Position numbers and translations under genes: made by a program. DNA of 64,000 bases from a virus. Positions 1-9,963 of the stretch are shown here, one piece after another. Position 1 is the first letter of the stretch. The number at the start of each line of letters is the position of its first letter. The notes beneath the pieces were generated by a model that saw only the letters and a list, made by a program, of their open reading frames with translations, was not told the DNA's origin and searched no databases. The DNA is taken from the IMG/VR virus record IMGVR_UViG_3300050343_000268, positions 1 to 64,000 of that record. The stretch is one strand, 5' to 3'.

Positions 1-455
1 GAAACACACAAGTAATTGACAAATGTTACAACGAAAGTAAGACTTAAGTTGATGAATGCAATAACTTCTGTGAACGCAAGATGGAAACGAAAGTTAATTC
101 GTACGTAAACTTTAGCGTGATACGAAATCGTATCGTAAAAGAATTAACTTGAGTTTACTTGCGTGAATCGTGAGTGATATCGTAAGTGAAACTTACGCTT
201 GAGCGAACAATAAACATACGTGAACGAGCGAAGCGAGTGAACAACTGTAGATAAACGGAAGCTTGCAATCGTAAGTGCAATCTGTAGTTGTTACTGCTGT
301 GTCTCTATTTTTTTTGTTTGACATAGCTCAAGGGTAGTGAGTATATTAGACGTGTCAAAAATTTCATATCACTTTTGACCCCCTATAGACCGTTTTTTGC
401 CTAATTTAAGGTCAACTAGCTCTAACTCATACTCACTACGGATAAGGGCTGTGTT
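1..455 (+). ncRNA. Highly structured non-coding element (ncRNA or folded ssDNA), possibly truncated by the window edge
   Basis: No ORF. Nested inverted repeats: 74-100/141-164, 119-134, 181-197, 240-252/280-292, 1-15/291-305 followed by a T-run, 321-329/446-454, 334-344/429-439, 355-361/373-379. G-U wobbles occur on the + strand. Confidence 0.55.
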
Positions 456-513
456 TTGATACCCTCAAATACCATCGATGGTGCTTATTTGGGCCAATTA
501 TTGGAGTCAAGCA

Positions 514-632
514 CTATCTACCACGCAAACCACGGTAAAACACGCTAATTCCTTTAAACCTATTCTGTTAATCCCTCTCCTGTCCCCTATTTATAAATGC
601 ACTTTATAGAGAGTAGAGTGGTAAGTGTGGTT
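514..632 (+). repeat. Dispersed ~115-bp inverted repeat, copy 1
   Basis: Colinear with the reverse complement of 45961-46073 (TACCACGCAAACCAC, TAAACCTATT, TTTATAGAGAGTAG shared). Confidence 0.85.
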
Positions 633-659
633 TTGTAGTAGTTAAAATAAATAAAAGCC

Positions 660-956
660 GTGCCTATTAATATGCGATATACAGCTGATGCGTTGAGACA
701 AAGAAGTAGAGCTAAGCGCAGTCGTCAAGAAATGATCGACCGTACTATGTGTAAGCCTGGCTATACATGGAACGAAACACTACAAAAATGCCTTGGATAT
801 GGCGGCGGTGGCCGAGATAAGCCTGATTTCAAAATTCCAGAGAATCCAGCGTCTCCAGAATTGCCTAATGCACCCACCCCACCATCAATGCCAGATACTC
901 CACAGCAAGCAATTGCAAAAGAAGTAAGTGCAAGAGCGTTAAAGAATAATACTTAG
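660..956 (+). CDS. Hypothetical protein with Cys pair and Pro-rich tail
   Basis: 98-aa ORF; TAAAAT box at 643-648. Confidence 0.6.
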   Translation: MPINMRYTADALRQRSRAKRSRQEMIDRTMCKPGYTWNETLQKCLGYGGGGRDKPDFKIPENPASPELPNAPTPPSMPDTPQQAIAKEVSARALKNNT

Positions 957-992
957 ATTTTGTAGAATAAAGAAAATAGAGCTGCAAATACC

Positions 993-2354
993 ATGGGATT
1001 CGGACCTTTCCTTAGCAAAGAAGAGAAGCAAAGGATTAATGACCAAGCATATTACGGTCTTGGTGGTGCTGGCAATATGATGTCGTCGCCTGGCGGTAAT
1101 ACAGGTTTTACGGCTCAACAGAAGAAGGATGCAATAGATGCTGCTGCGGCTGAAGCCTTAGGTTTGAAAACACCTCCATCTCAGGTGATGGGACCTGGTG
1201 GACCAGGTGGATTTGGTCACACAAAAGTAAATGATCGAAGAAGGTCTTCAATGTCACCTTTAGCTTTAAAAGCTGAAAAGGAGGCTGCTGCTGCACGGAA
1301 GCGCACGGATGAGCTTAAAGCTAGGCTGGCATTAATAGAAAAAAATAAGCTGAAAGATACATCAAGCGATCTACCTCCATCAGCCCCCGTATTGCCATCT
1401 CCTTTATCACGTGACGTGATTAGTAGTGATGGAGTAAGTAATGGAACCCAAACTAGCCCTGGAGGTACACCAATCCTCGATGCTGCTGGTGCGGCCAGCT
1501 TTCTAAACAATCTGCAAGTTGGTACTGGTCAGTTCTCATCTACTCAGCTGCCTATGACGCAAAGCAGTATGTGGGAAAAGGGGAGTGTGGATGCTCAAGC
1601 GTTTAGTGGTCTTGAGCCTAGTTACACTTCAAATACTCTTGGATCTTATACGGCAAGTCCTAAAGCATTTGCAAACTTAGATGCAACTGGGACAGGTGCC
1701 GAGTTCAATGCAAATGCCTCAGTCATCCCGGATGCTGCATTGCGTATGGGCCAAGCAACTGGAGCAATTCCGACTGCTAGTCCTATGTCTTCTGGACGTT
1801 TAGCAGATGCATTGAACGATCAGGCTGGTATGCAGTCATACATGAGTAAATTTGGTGATGCGGATGCAGATATGCAAAGACGTGCAAATGCAGCGTTTTT
1901 AAATACGGGGGGCTCTATGAAGGGTCTGCGAGCTAAGGAAGCTGAGTTAGCCATGTTCTATGCAGGTGGTCAACATCTCTCATTGAATGGTGACGGCTCT
2001 GAATTCTTGCGGAACAAGGATGGACAGAATATTGCTGCTGATCCTAATGATGTCAGAAACTATAAGTCTGGTCAAATGACTGCTGAACAATTCAGAGATA
2101 CATTTAAGGGTGCCGTCAATCAAACATTCACCTCAGCAAAAGACTCAGAAAGTTCACATTCCAAGAATCCAGTTGCGGCTTCATATCAATCACCTAATAC
2201 CAATTTCGGTCCAGTCATGGATACTGAAGAGATGGGTAAAAGATTGGATGCATCAATTGGCATGAATGGAACATTCGGTCCTGTGATTGATGGTGATGTA
2301 TATGCCTCCTTCCTTGACGGTAGACGTGAGCCATTAGCACGCTTACTTAAGTAA
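993..2354 (+). CDS. Low-complexity putative virion/internal protein
   Basis: 453-aa G/S/A-rich ORF; TAGAAT box at 963-968. Confidence 0.6.
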   Translation: MGFGPFLSKEEKQRINDQAYYGLGGAGNMMSSPGGNTGFTAQQKKDAIDAAAAEALGLKTPPSQVMGPGGPGGFGHTKVNDRRRSSMSPLALKAEKEAAAARKRTDELKARLALIEKNKLKDTSSDLPPSAPVLPSPLSRDVISSDGVSNGTQTSPGGTPILDAAGAASFLNNLQVGTGQFSSTQLPMTQSSMWEKGSVDAQAFSGLEPSYTSNTLGSYTASPKAFANLDATGTGAEFNANASVIPDAALRMGQATGAIPTASPMSSGRLADALNDQAGMQSYMSKFGDADADMQRRANAAFLNTGGSMKGLRAKEAELAMFYAGGQHLSLNGDGSEFLRNKDGQNIAADPNDVRNYKSGQMTAEQFRDTFKGAVNQTFTSAKDSESSHSKNPVAASYQSPNTNFGPVMDTEEMGKRLDASIGMNGTFGPVIDGDVYASFLDGRREPLARLLK

Positions 2355-2395
2355 TAAATAGCATCTAAGAGTTATATACAATAGTCATAGGTTTA

Positions 2396-4492
2396 TTGTT
2401 TAAGAATGTGGCTTTAGAAGATATTCAGCAGATGCATAATCGTGCCATCACTGCTATTGGCAATACATCTGCTAGTAATAACTTTCGTCAGCATAAGCAT
2501 GATCAAAATAACAAGTTGATTGCAAGTGCAAAAGCATTTGATGCTGGTAGAACTCTTGGAATGAGTGAGGAAGAGACTCTTGCTGCACTGTCAAGGCAAC
2601 TCAGACGTCAAAAACGGGCAGATGACAAGATCACAATGCAGGATGTAGAGCGAAAATTCGTTCAATCTGCTAAAACACTGTCGGATCCAGCCAATCCTGC
2701 TGAAATTCAGGGTGTATCGCTAAGAGAAGAGCCAGAAATTGACCCATTTGGCCAAGATCAAGGTCAATATTACGAATATAAGGAAGGTGATAGTCAATAT
2801 GTAGACCAACAGCGTAGAAATACACTCGATTCCATGGCTGATATGGAAGCTCGTGACGAAATGGGGCAACGAGTTTATGATCGCTACGGTGTTCAACTAA
2901 AAAATGGCGTTAATCCTGGTGATTACGACGAATTAGCTGCTGAATTGGAAACATTGCGTGGAACAAGTGCAAGTGCTGGTGATAGGTCCCCAGTTGCACC
3001 TCAATCTGCGCTCCGAGACGCAATTGGGACACTGAACGCTGCTCAAGCTGAGCAATCAGGCTTTATGTCAAAACTCAGTGGAGTATTTGGTGGCGGCGGT
3101 AGAGAAATTCCTGGTTTAGTCGGAGTAAGGGGCGAACTGGAAGATGCATTGCGAGATGGCAGTGTTCAACGTGATGCAGACGCTGCATTATCCAAAGAAA
3201 TGGTCCGAAGAGATAATGAGAGGTTCTCTGGTCGTCGGGCAGGCTACAGCAACGTAAAAGCCGCAATGGAAGCAGAAGATATCGGTGAAACAATGTATCG
3301 CCCTTCTTCTACTTATCCAGGTATGGAGCTGCCAGCAGTTCGTGCTGATCAAACAATAGCTGCTATCGCGGCTGCTAATCCACGTCAGTTTCCAGTAGCA
3401 GGTTTCAATGATGCAGGGATTGCATTAGACCCAGCTACCGGTAATCCTATTGGAATGCAAGGTCCTTCATACCAAGGACCTAATACTGATGCGGGTGCTG
3501 CTCTTAATGCACCTATGACTACTAGAGCATGGATGGTTGAAAAGCAGCCTGGTTACAAAGAAGGCGGGAGGGTGTTTGGTGACTTCCCTCAGGTAGATGT
3601 AACCGGTGCAACATCTATGTTTGCTGACCGTATGCGAGGACTAACTGTCCCAGGATCTGATCAGCAACCATTCAGTAACGTCTCTCCTAATATTCGCAGC
3701 GTAGATGAACTGCAACGTGCAGCTGACGCAATTGTTGCTCGTATGCCTGGACCCTTCTTTACAAAAGAAGCAAACCCAGACGGTGGTGCACTCCTTAATA
3801 CACGTCAGCAAGATCCAGACATTCGTGGCGTATTAGGTAAGTTGCGCTATACACCCGCTCAGGAAGCTGAACTAGCAAATGCAATGTATCAGCTTGAGGT
3901 TGCCAAAGCCACAGAGATTAATCAAAACGGCAAAGGCCAGTACTTCACACGAACAGGACCAATGGGAGAATTAGAACCAACAGGTTTTGGTGCTACTACA
4001 CAAGGTGGTGGAAAAGTATTCTTCAATTCACCTGAAGCAATTGACCCTCGTGCTGGTCAAGCCCAAGTAGCACGTGTCATTCCTGGTCAAACCATTCAAG
4101 GAAAAGATATTGTCACAGCATTCAAAGGTCTTGAAACATCAGGTGCTCAACAGCCCTTCATTGGACAAGTCGCTGGCCAAGCGCCACGAATGCAGCGTTA
4201 CAACAGTACGGCTCCAAAGGGGCAGCCTGTACAAACTACGCCTGAAGGTATTGAAGATTATCTGAGACAACAAGAACAGCAATTTGCATATAACAAGCAA
4301 GTAACTGAGGCTAAGAAAAATCCACGTACAATTGTTAGGCCTGTTGCACAGCAGAAAGTAGATGAACCTAAGCTTCGAGGTAAAGTAGTTAAAGCACAAC
4401 TTGCACAAGAACGTGCTAACCGTGACGCTAAAAAACGTCAGACCAAACAAACTGAAATCATGCAGTATATCCCCCGCCGCTTTAGAGGTTAA
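2396..4492 (+). CDS. Large hypothetical protein, putative internal virion protein
   Basis: 698-aa Q/G/A-rich ORF in the structural cluster. Confidence 0.6.
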   Translation: MFKNVALEDIQQMHNRAITAIGNTSASNNFRQHKHDQNNKLIASAKAFDAGRTLGMSEEETLAALSRQLRRQKRADDKITMQDVERKFVQSAKTLSDPANPAEIQGVSLREEPEIDPFGQDQGQYYEYKEGDSQYVDQQRRNTLDSMADMEARDEMGQRVYDRYGVQLKNGVNPGDYDELAAELETLRGTSASAGDRSPVAPQSALRDAIGTLNAAQAEQSGFMSKLSGVFGGGGREIPGLVGVRGELEDALRDGSVQRDADAALSKEMVRRDNERFSGRRAGYSNVKAAMEAEDIGETMYRPSSTYPGMELPAVRADQTIAAIAAANPRQFPVAGFNDAGIALDPATGNPIGMQGPSYQGPNTDAGAALNAPMTTRAWMVEKQPGYKEGGRVFGDFPQVDVTGATSMFADRMRGLTVPGSDQQPFSNVSPNIRSVDELQRAADAIVARMPGPFFTKEANPDGGALLNTRQQDPDIRGVLGKLRYTPAQEAELANAMYQLEVAKATEINQNGKGQYFTRTGPMGELEPTGFGATTQGGGKVFFNSPEAIDPRAGQAQVARVIPGQTIQGKDIVTAFKGLETSGAQQPFIGQVAGQAPRMQRYNSTAPKGQPVQTTPEGIEDYLRQQEQQFAYNKQVTEAKKNPRTIVRPVAQQKVDEPKLRGKVVKAQLAQERANRDAKKRQTKQTEIMQYIPRRFRG

Positions 4493-4494
4493 TC

Positions 4495-4836
4495 ATGCTC
4501 AATTCAAACTTTGACCCTAGTATTGTTAGGAGAGCATCTCAAGAAAAGCGTGAACTAGAAGAGCATCCTGCTTCTGGCTTTACTGCAAGCGGTTCAGGAA
4601 GCAATGGTTCATCAAGAGATCTAGGACAAGGAACGGCTAAAACAAGGATGGCTGGTCCAGGTGGAGCTTTTGCCAGACGAATGATGGAAGACCCTGAATT
4701 TGCAACCGATATTACAGGCTGGAGAAATATGTACAATCAGTCACCTCCTGGGATTGAGTTCAACGCATCCATGATGAACCAGGAATCGCAGAAAATGGAT
4801 GTACAAACACAATCAAGCGAAATGGGAGCAGCGTGA
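4495..4836 (+). CDS. Hypothetical protein with RMAG motif
   Basis: 113-aa ORF tightly coupled to both neighbours. Confidence 0.6.
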   Translation: MLNSNFDPSIVRRASQEKRELEEHPASGFTASGSGSNGSSRDLGQGTAKTRMAGPGGAFARRMMEDPEFATDITGWRNMYNQSPPGIEFNASMMNQESQKMDVQTQSSEMGAA

Positions 4837-5351
4837 TGATTTCTAAAATCAGAATGGCAGGTAAAGGTCTAAACGCATTAGGAAGCGGAACAAGACGCAT
4901 CCTATTTGGAGATATGGGAAAAGGTCAGATTATTGGCAGACTTGCACCTGATGCTTTCTTTGGTGGATTGGCTGCTTTCCAAACACCAGGTGATATGGGA
5001 GACAAACTTATTGCTGGTGGTTCCAGCTTCATAGGTGGAGGTTTAACAGGTCTTGCTGCTGGACGTATTGCTAGAAGGCTGCCAGGTGGAAAACATCTTG
5101 AGGGGCCAGCCGACATGATTGGAAGCCTCGGTGGTGATTATCTTGGAATGATGGCATCAGACCAGATTCAACGTGGAAAAGATGCATTAATGGGTGGACA
5201 AGGACTCACAGCCTGGGAGCGTATGAGTGCTGAGCAACAGTCACAATATGCCCAACAGTTAGAACAGCAACTCCTGGCTCAATATGGAATCATTCCAGGA
5301 ACACGTGAACAATATGCAGTCGATCCAACTACAGGCTATGGAGTTGCGTAA
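4833..5351 (+). CDS. Glycine-zipper membrane-like protein, putative ejection protein
   Basis: GxxxG-rich hydrophobic segments; N-terminal RMAG. Confidence 0.55.
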   Translation: MMISKIRMAGKGLNALGSGTRRILFGDMGKGQIIGRLAPDAFFGGLAAFQTPGDMGDKLIAGGSSFIGGGLTGLAAGRIARRLPGGKHLEGPADMIGSLGGDYLGMMASDQIQRGKDALMGGQGLTAWERMSAEQQSQYAQQLEQQLLAQYGIIPGTREQYAVDPTTGYGVA

Positions 5352-6544
5352 TGGTCAAGATGACAGGAAAACTTGCACGGTTTAAAGACGCTTTTGATGA
5401 TGCCTATGGAGAAGGTCGTGAAGAGTGGACTAGATCTTTCCGTCAAGGGAGAAAGGCTGAGGGATTAGCTGAGAACGCGCCTCGCATGACCGAGATGACC
5501 GGTGCCTATCCAACAGGCATTCGCCTTGCAGAAGTCTTCCAGGATGCAGTTGGTCGTGGTGTAACTCCCCAAGAAGCTGCTCGTAGGCAGATAAGAACGG
5601 ACTTAGGTATTGGAACCAAAGAAGGCTTTGTTGACCGTGCTGGTCAGTTAGTAGGTACAGCAGCTGCAGACCTGACCCAAGACAACACCAGGAACTTCTA
5701 TTGGCTAATGAACGCTGCTCAGGCAACGGGCAACGTCATAGCTGAATCCGCTATGGGCAGTAAGCGGTTAGGTAACCCAAAGCTATATGGAAAGTCTCAG
5801 ATCAGGGACGATAAAGGACTGCCTTACAGCATTAAGAATAAGGATGACGTTGAAGTTGCTATCGCAAAAGGCTATCTAGATCCGAACGGCAATCCAACCA
5901 AGGGAGTGTCTATCGGAGACACAGATGACAAACTTCTGGAGAAGCGGAACTTTGAGCCTGGGCACCTAGCTGCATTGATGATTCCTACTGGAGTTGCCAT
6001 CAATACAGGCTTAGGATTGATGTCTCCATTCGGTGGAGCCGAGGGTTACTGGGCAGCGCTTCCGAGTGCCGAAGATCCAACTGTTACTGACAACGTCTTA
6101 GGTGAAGTAGCTCTAAAATATTTCATGGGTAAAACAGGCAACCTATTGCCGTATGACGAGTTCTCAAAAGTAAGGCCTGACGTAAGTCCAGAAGAGTATG
6201 GGAAATACCAGGGTTGGAAATACAGAAGGGGTGAAGACTGGAATCCCCTAGATGACGGACAAACCAGTATGGGTGCTGGACTCATCAGAACAACGACGGA
6301 AGGAATACATGGTCCAGAGCTTCAGTTCATGGGACGTAGCCTCCCAGTCACCACCGGTATTGTTCCTTACCTTGGAGCGCTTGCAGGAGGCGTTGCTGGC
6401 GTACGTAGTAGCAGACCAATTCGTGGTGGAATGGTAGGCGGGTTGGGTGGACTAGCTGCAGGTCAATTGGTTGGTCAATTACTTGAAGGTGAACGTCGTC
6501 GAAGAAATGCTATAGACAACGAATCGTTAAATCCTCAGTATTGA
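5351..6544 (+). CDS. Putative internal virion protein with C-terminal glycine zipper
   Basis: 397-aa ORF; GALAGGVAG and GGLGGLAAG segments. Confidence 0.6.
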   Translation: MVKMTGKLARFKDAFDDAYGEGREEWTRSFRQGRKAEGLAENAPRMTEMTGAYPTGIRLAEVFQDAVGRGVTPQEAARRQIRTDLGIGTKEGFVDRAGQLVGTAAADLTQDNTRNFYWLMNAAQATGNVIAESAMGSKRLGNPKLYGKSQIRDDKGLPYSIKNKDDVEVAIAKGYLDPNGNPTKGVSIGDTDDKLLEKRNFEPGHLAALMIPTGVAINTGLGLMSPFGGAEGYWAALPSAEDPTVTDNVLGEVALKYFMGKTGNLLPYDEFSKVRPDVSPEEYGKYQGWKYRRGEDWNPLDDGQTSMGAGLIRTTTEGIHGPELQFMGRSLPVTTGIVPYLGALAGGVAGVRSSRPIRGGMVGGLGGLAAGQLVGQLLEGERRRRNAIDNESLNPQY

Positions 6545-6574
6545 TAAACTATAGAAACATATATAAGAAAATCC

Positions 6575-6973
6575 ATGAGATTTGCTGCTGGAGGAAATAC
6601 AGGTGCTGCAATTGCTAACATTCTGAATAAAGATGGTGTCGATTATTCAGCATTAGGTGCTAGGCAAATAGGAGCACAGGCGCAAGAGTTTGTTGACACT
6701 ATTAATTCAAATCTTATGGTTGGAGGAGCTAACTTAGATGCAGCTGCCAGAATTGGAGCGGCAGAACATTGGAAAGATGTTCAAGGTGAAGTGGCTCAGA
6801 ATCAAGCTAATTCGAACCTTCTAGGATCAGCAATCGGTGGGGCAGGCCAAATAGGTTTATCTGCAATTTCCAGATTCGGCGGTGGTGGTGGTGGTGGATT
6901 TAATGGATCTTGGAACAGTGCAGCCGAAAGAGGAAGTTTTGGAATCGGAAGTGCTGCTCTTAGAGGCTTTTAA
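6575..6973 (+). CDS. Ala/Gly-rich putative pilot/ejection protein
   Basis: N-terminus resembles that of 8928-9905 (VDYSxLG); starts MRFAAG. Confidence 0.55.
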   Translation: MRFAAGGNTGAAIANILNKDGVDYSALGARQIGAQAQEFVDTINSNLMVGGANLDAAARIGAAEHWKDVQGEVAQNQANSNLLGSAIGGAGQIGLSAISRFGGGGGGGFNGSWNSAAERGSFGIGSAALRGF

Positions 6974-7012
6974 TATAAATCGATAACATAGAAACAGGAA
7001 GGAGTTAAACAA

Positions 7013-7678
7013 ATGGCTATTGGTCAGATCCGTGGACTAAGCTTTAGTGAGCCAACTAGGCCAAATAGGATGACGGGTGGAGCCGGTGCCGGTGCATCTG
7101 CGTCAACAGGAGCAAATAGATCTGCGCTGAGAAACCCTAATTGGGGTGGAATGGCCGTTGACTTTATTGAAGCTGAATCTCTTAAGCGAAGGGCAATAAT
7201 GGGAGGCAATGCTGCCGCAAGAGCCAAGGTAATAAATGCAATTGGTATAACGACAGCGGAGGAAATTAAGGCCGAGGGGTACAAGGAAGCACAGGAAAAA
7301 CAATCCCAAGGCAATATTCTTGGGGGCATAATTAAAACAGGCGCAACACTTATTGGATCTGCATTAATTAGCGACGAAAGGACAAAAAATAATATTGAAC
7401 ATATTCAGGACGCCCTAGCGACTTTGCGTGAATTACGTCCAGTCACTTTTTACTACAATGAAGAATATAGTTCAACTCCCGAAAGACTACATCACGGGTT
7501 TATTGCACAAGAGTATATCAAGCATATGCCAGATGCTACTTACTACGATGAGAGTATTGACAGGATGTGCATCGACACAATTGAACTTATCGCTCTGCTT
7601 GTTCGCTCTGTTCAGCAGTTAGAAACAAAGGTGACTCGAATGGAAGCACAACACGCATTAGCAGGAGTAGCGTCATGA
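7013..7678 (+). CDS. Protein with C-terminal peptidase S74 intramolecular chaperone domain
   Basis: SDERTKNNI...LRPVTFYY...GFIAQE...LVRSVQQL motif series. Confidence 0.85.
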   Translation: MAIGQIRGLSFSEPTRPNRMTGGAGAGASASTGANRSALRNPNWGGMAVDFIEAESLKRRAIMGGNAAARAKVINAIGITTAEEIKAEGYKEAQEKQSQGNILGGIIKTGATLIGSALISDERTKNNIEHIQDALATLRELRPVTFYYNEEYSSTPERLHHGFIAQEYIKHMPDATYYDESIDRMCIDTIELIALLVRSVQQLETKVTRMEAQHALAGVAS

Positions 7679-8182
7679 ATATCGGTCACGCAAGAACGGA
7701 CCTTCAATTTCTAATGGATAGAATTGGAGCTACAAGTGTAGATGACGTTCTTCGATATATAGGTGGTAAGCCTACACAAGCTCAGGTAATGGGCAGCATG
7801 GACGAAGACGCTTAATGATGTAACTTTTAAACAGATGCCCAAAACCGTTGGGCGGTTTGCAGGATCATCAATTGGTCGTGGAATTGCACGAGCAATCCCT
7901 GGCTTATCCCTTCTAGGCAATGTCACTGATGTAGCGGATATTGTTGCCGGAGACGAGAGCTTTGGAAATAAGGCAATGGACGCAACTGCAATGACTGCAG
8001 GTGCTGCAATCGGGGGCGTACTTGGTGCTGGAGTATTCAGTCCGTTAACAGCTTCATTCGGTGCAAGTGCAGGGAAAATGCTTAGCGATGGCACACAGTT
8101 CTTATTCGGCGGAGGTAAGTCTCCTGAAGAACGTAGAATGGAAGAAGCACTTGCGTTGTTACAAAGTAGAGGAATAGCCTAA
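7675..8182 (+). CDS. Glycine-zipper membrane-like protein; probable indel near 7795, ORF track starts at 7835
   Basis: ATG overlaps the upstream stop; downstream frame contains GRFAG and AGAAIGGVLGAG. Confidence 0.5.
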
Positions 8183-8931
8183 TGTCAATTTTTGGATTTT
8201 TGCCTGGGGCTGATGTTAATTCAATTGTTCAACGTGAAATTAACAATAATGATTTAAACAGTCGTCGCACCGGCTTTTCAGATAGAACAGGAGCTTGGAA
8301 CTGGCAGGACGATATTGGTGCGTGGATGGCAGGCACTAACAAAGATGAAATTCTCAGGTTAGCCAAGATCAAAGCAAATGAGGATTTAACAGAGCATTAT
8401 TCAGCAAAGGCCGGTACTAATGCTGGTTTGCTAGGACATTTGACACCAGAATACCAAGGCGTAGGCAGTAAAACCGTACAAGAACTTGATCAACAATTAG
8501 CAGCAGATTACCAAAGGGGGTTGCAACTACAGAAGACACTGGGACAAGGTGACATAACTCCGGGTGATATATCTAAAACCGCTTCGCTGGGTGAAATAAT
8601 GTCAGCTGGTGTACAAGGTCTTAGAAACACGAAAAAAGGTCAAATCGAATCCGAAAGAATATATCAAAAAGGTTTGCGTGACGAAATTCGTCTGCAACAA
8701 GAAGGCTTGTTAGAAAGGCAGAATGAGCGTGAAGATCGCAGAGACGCTCGCGCAAGATTAGAATCTGCAGAAGCACGAAGGGATAATCTTGAGCTACGTA
8801 GAGACAACATGAACCTTGAGTATGCTCGTCTCAACCAAGCAGATGTTTATAGAGCTCAGGAAAGAAAAGACCAAGCAATCATGATGCTGGTTCAAGGGCT
8901 TACTAACATAGGAGTTGGCTTTACTGTTTAA
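8182..8931 (+). CDS. Hypothetical coiled-coil virion protein
   Basis: 249-aa ORF with an R/E/Q-rich helix. Confidence 0.6.
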   Translation: MSIFGFLPGADVNSIVQREINNNDLNSRRTGFSDRTGAWNWQDDIGAWMAGTNKDEILRLAKIKANEDLTEHYSAKAGTNAGLLGHLTPEYQGVGSKTVQELDQQLAADYQRGLQLQKTLGQGDITPGDISKTASLGEIMSAGVQGLRNTKKGQIESERIYQKGLRDEIRLQQEGLLERQNEREDRRDARARLESAEARRDNLELRRDNMNLEYARLNQADVYRAQERKDQAIMMLVQGLTNIGVGFTV

Positions 8932-9905
8932 AAGCTATAACCACTCAAGAAGCCAGCATGTTTCTTTGATCCTGCCACTGGATCAGCAGGAATTTCCCAG
9001 GTACGCATAAAGGCATCGGATGCTGCCTGTGGAGTTGCAAAGTCAGTATTAAGGAAGTCAGAAGTGGCTTTGTTGTACTCAGGCAGTTGATTCTGAGAAA
9101 GTGCGTGATCTAGCTGTCCTTTCCAGTTTGTTTGATAGTCAGGGACCATTTGTTTCATCAGGTCACTTCGACCATAAGTGTTATTCCATTGAAGCATTCC
9201 GAATGAATTACCTCCGTCACCTCCTGGAGGTGCTATACGGAATGAGCTTTCACGGTCAATATTGGCCATTAAACCTAACGCCTGATTCCGTGACAACTTC
9301 TTTTCTCCGGTAAGGTAGTTAAACACTGTGCCCCTATCTACTGAACCTGCCGGTGCATCACCAGTAGCTACCGGTGTAATTTGTTGATTAGGTGGCAGTG
9401 TTGAGTTTGAAGCGGCTGTAGTTGATGAACCTAAATTATTAATTTGAGTTTCAATATCAGCAAGAGCCTGTTTTTTGGCAATGATGTCTAAATCGGTTTG
9501 TGAAATTTGATTGGCATATTTTGATCTCAACAGATCGTATTCAGCAACCATAGGATTGGAATCAACTTTTCTGTTTTTTAAAATATAACCGGCACCAACT
9601 AAACCAGCACCAGCAGCAAGCATTCCAGCCTTACGTTCATTTTTTCTGATATCAACAATACTGTTTGTAAGGTCACTTTGAACGTCGGCAAGCTTTGATC
9701 TTACACCTTCGGTTAGAACAGCGTCACCAACAGCAAGATTGGCTTCTACAGCATCAACTGCCTCAGCAGCCTCTGCACGAATTGCAGCACGTCCTAAGTC
9801 AGAATAGTCAACAGAATTATCTTCAATCGCTTTTCGAGCTTGAACAGCTTTCTGAACCGCACTATTAGCAGCACTAATCCAAGCGTTAGCATTGGCCATA
9901 TTCAA
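8928..9905 (-). CDS. Virion-associated muramidase with a phage tail lysozyme (Phage_lysozyme2-like) C-terminal domain
   Basis: ALGLMANIDRESSF...FGMLQW...GQLDHAL...AASDAFMRTWEIP. Confidence 0.75.
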   Translation of the reverse strand: MNMANANAWISAANSAVQKAVQARKAIEDNSVDYSDLGRAAIRAEAAEAVDAVEANLAVGDAVLTEGVRSKLADVQSDLTNSIVDIRKNERKAGMLAAGAGLVGAGYILKNRKVDSNPMVAEYDLLRSKYANQISQTDLDIIAKKQALADIETQINNLGSSTTAASNSTLPPNQQITPVATGDAPAGSVDRGTVFNYLTGEKKLSRNQALGLMANIDRESSFRIAPPGGDGGNSFGMLQWNNTYGRSDLMKQMVPDYQTNWKGQLDHALSQNQLPEYNKATSDFLNTDFATPQAASDAFMRTWEIPADPVAGSKKHAGFLSGYSF

Positions 9906-9963
9906 TCACTCGTGTTAAACCTATTGTAACTTTGTAGAATAAAGAGATAGTGGCAACAGCGAA

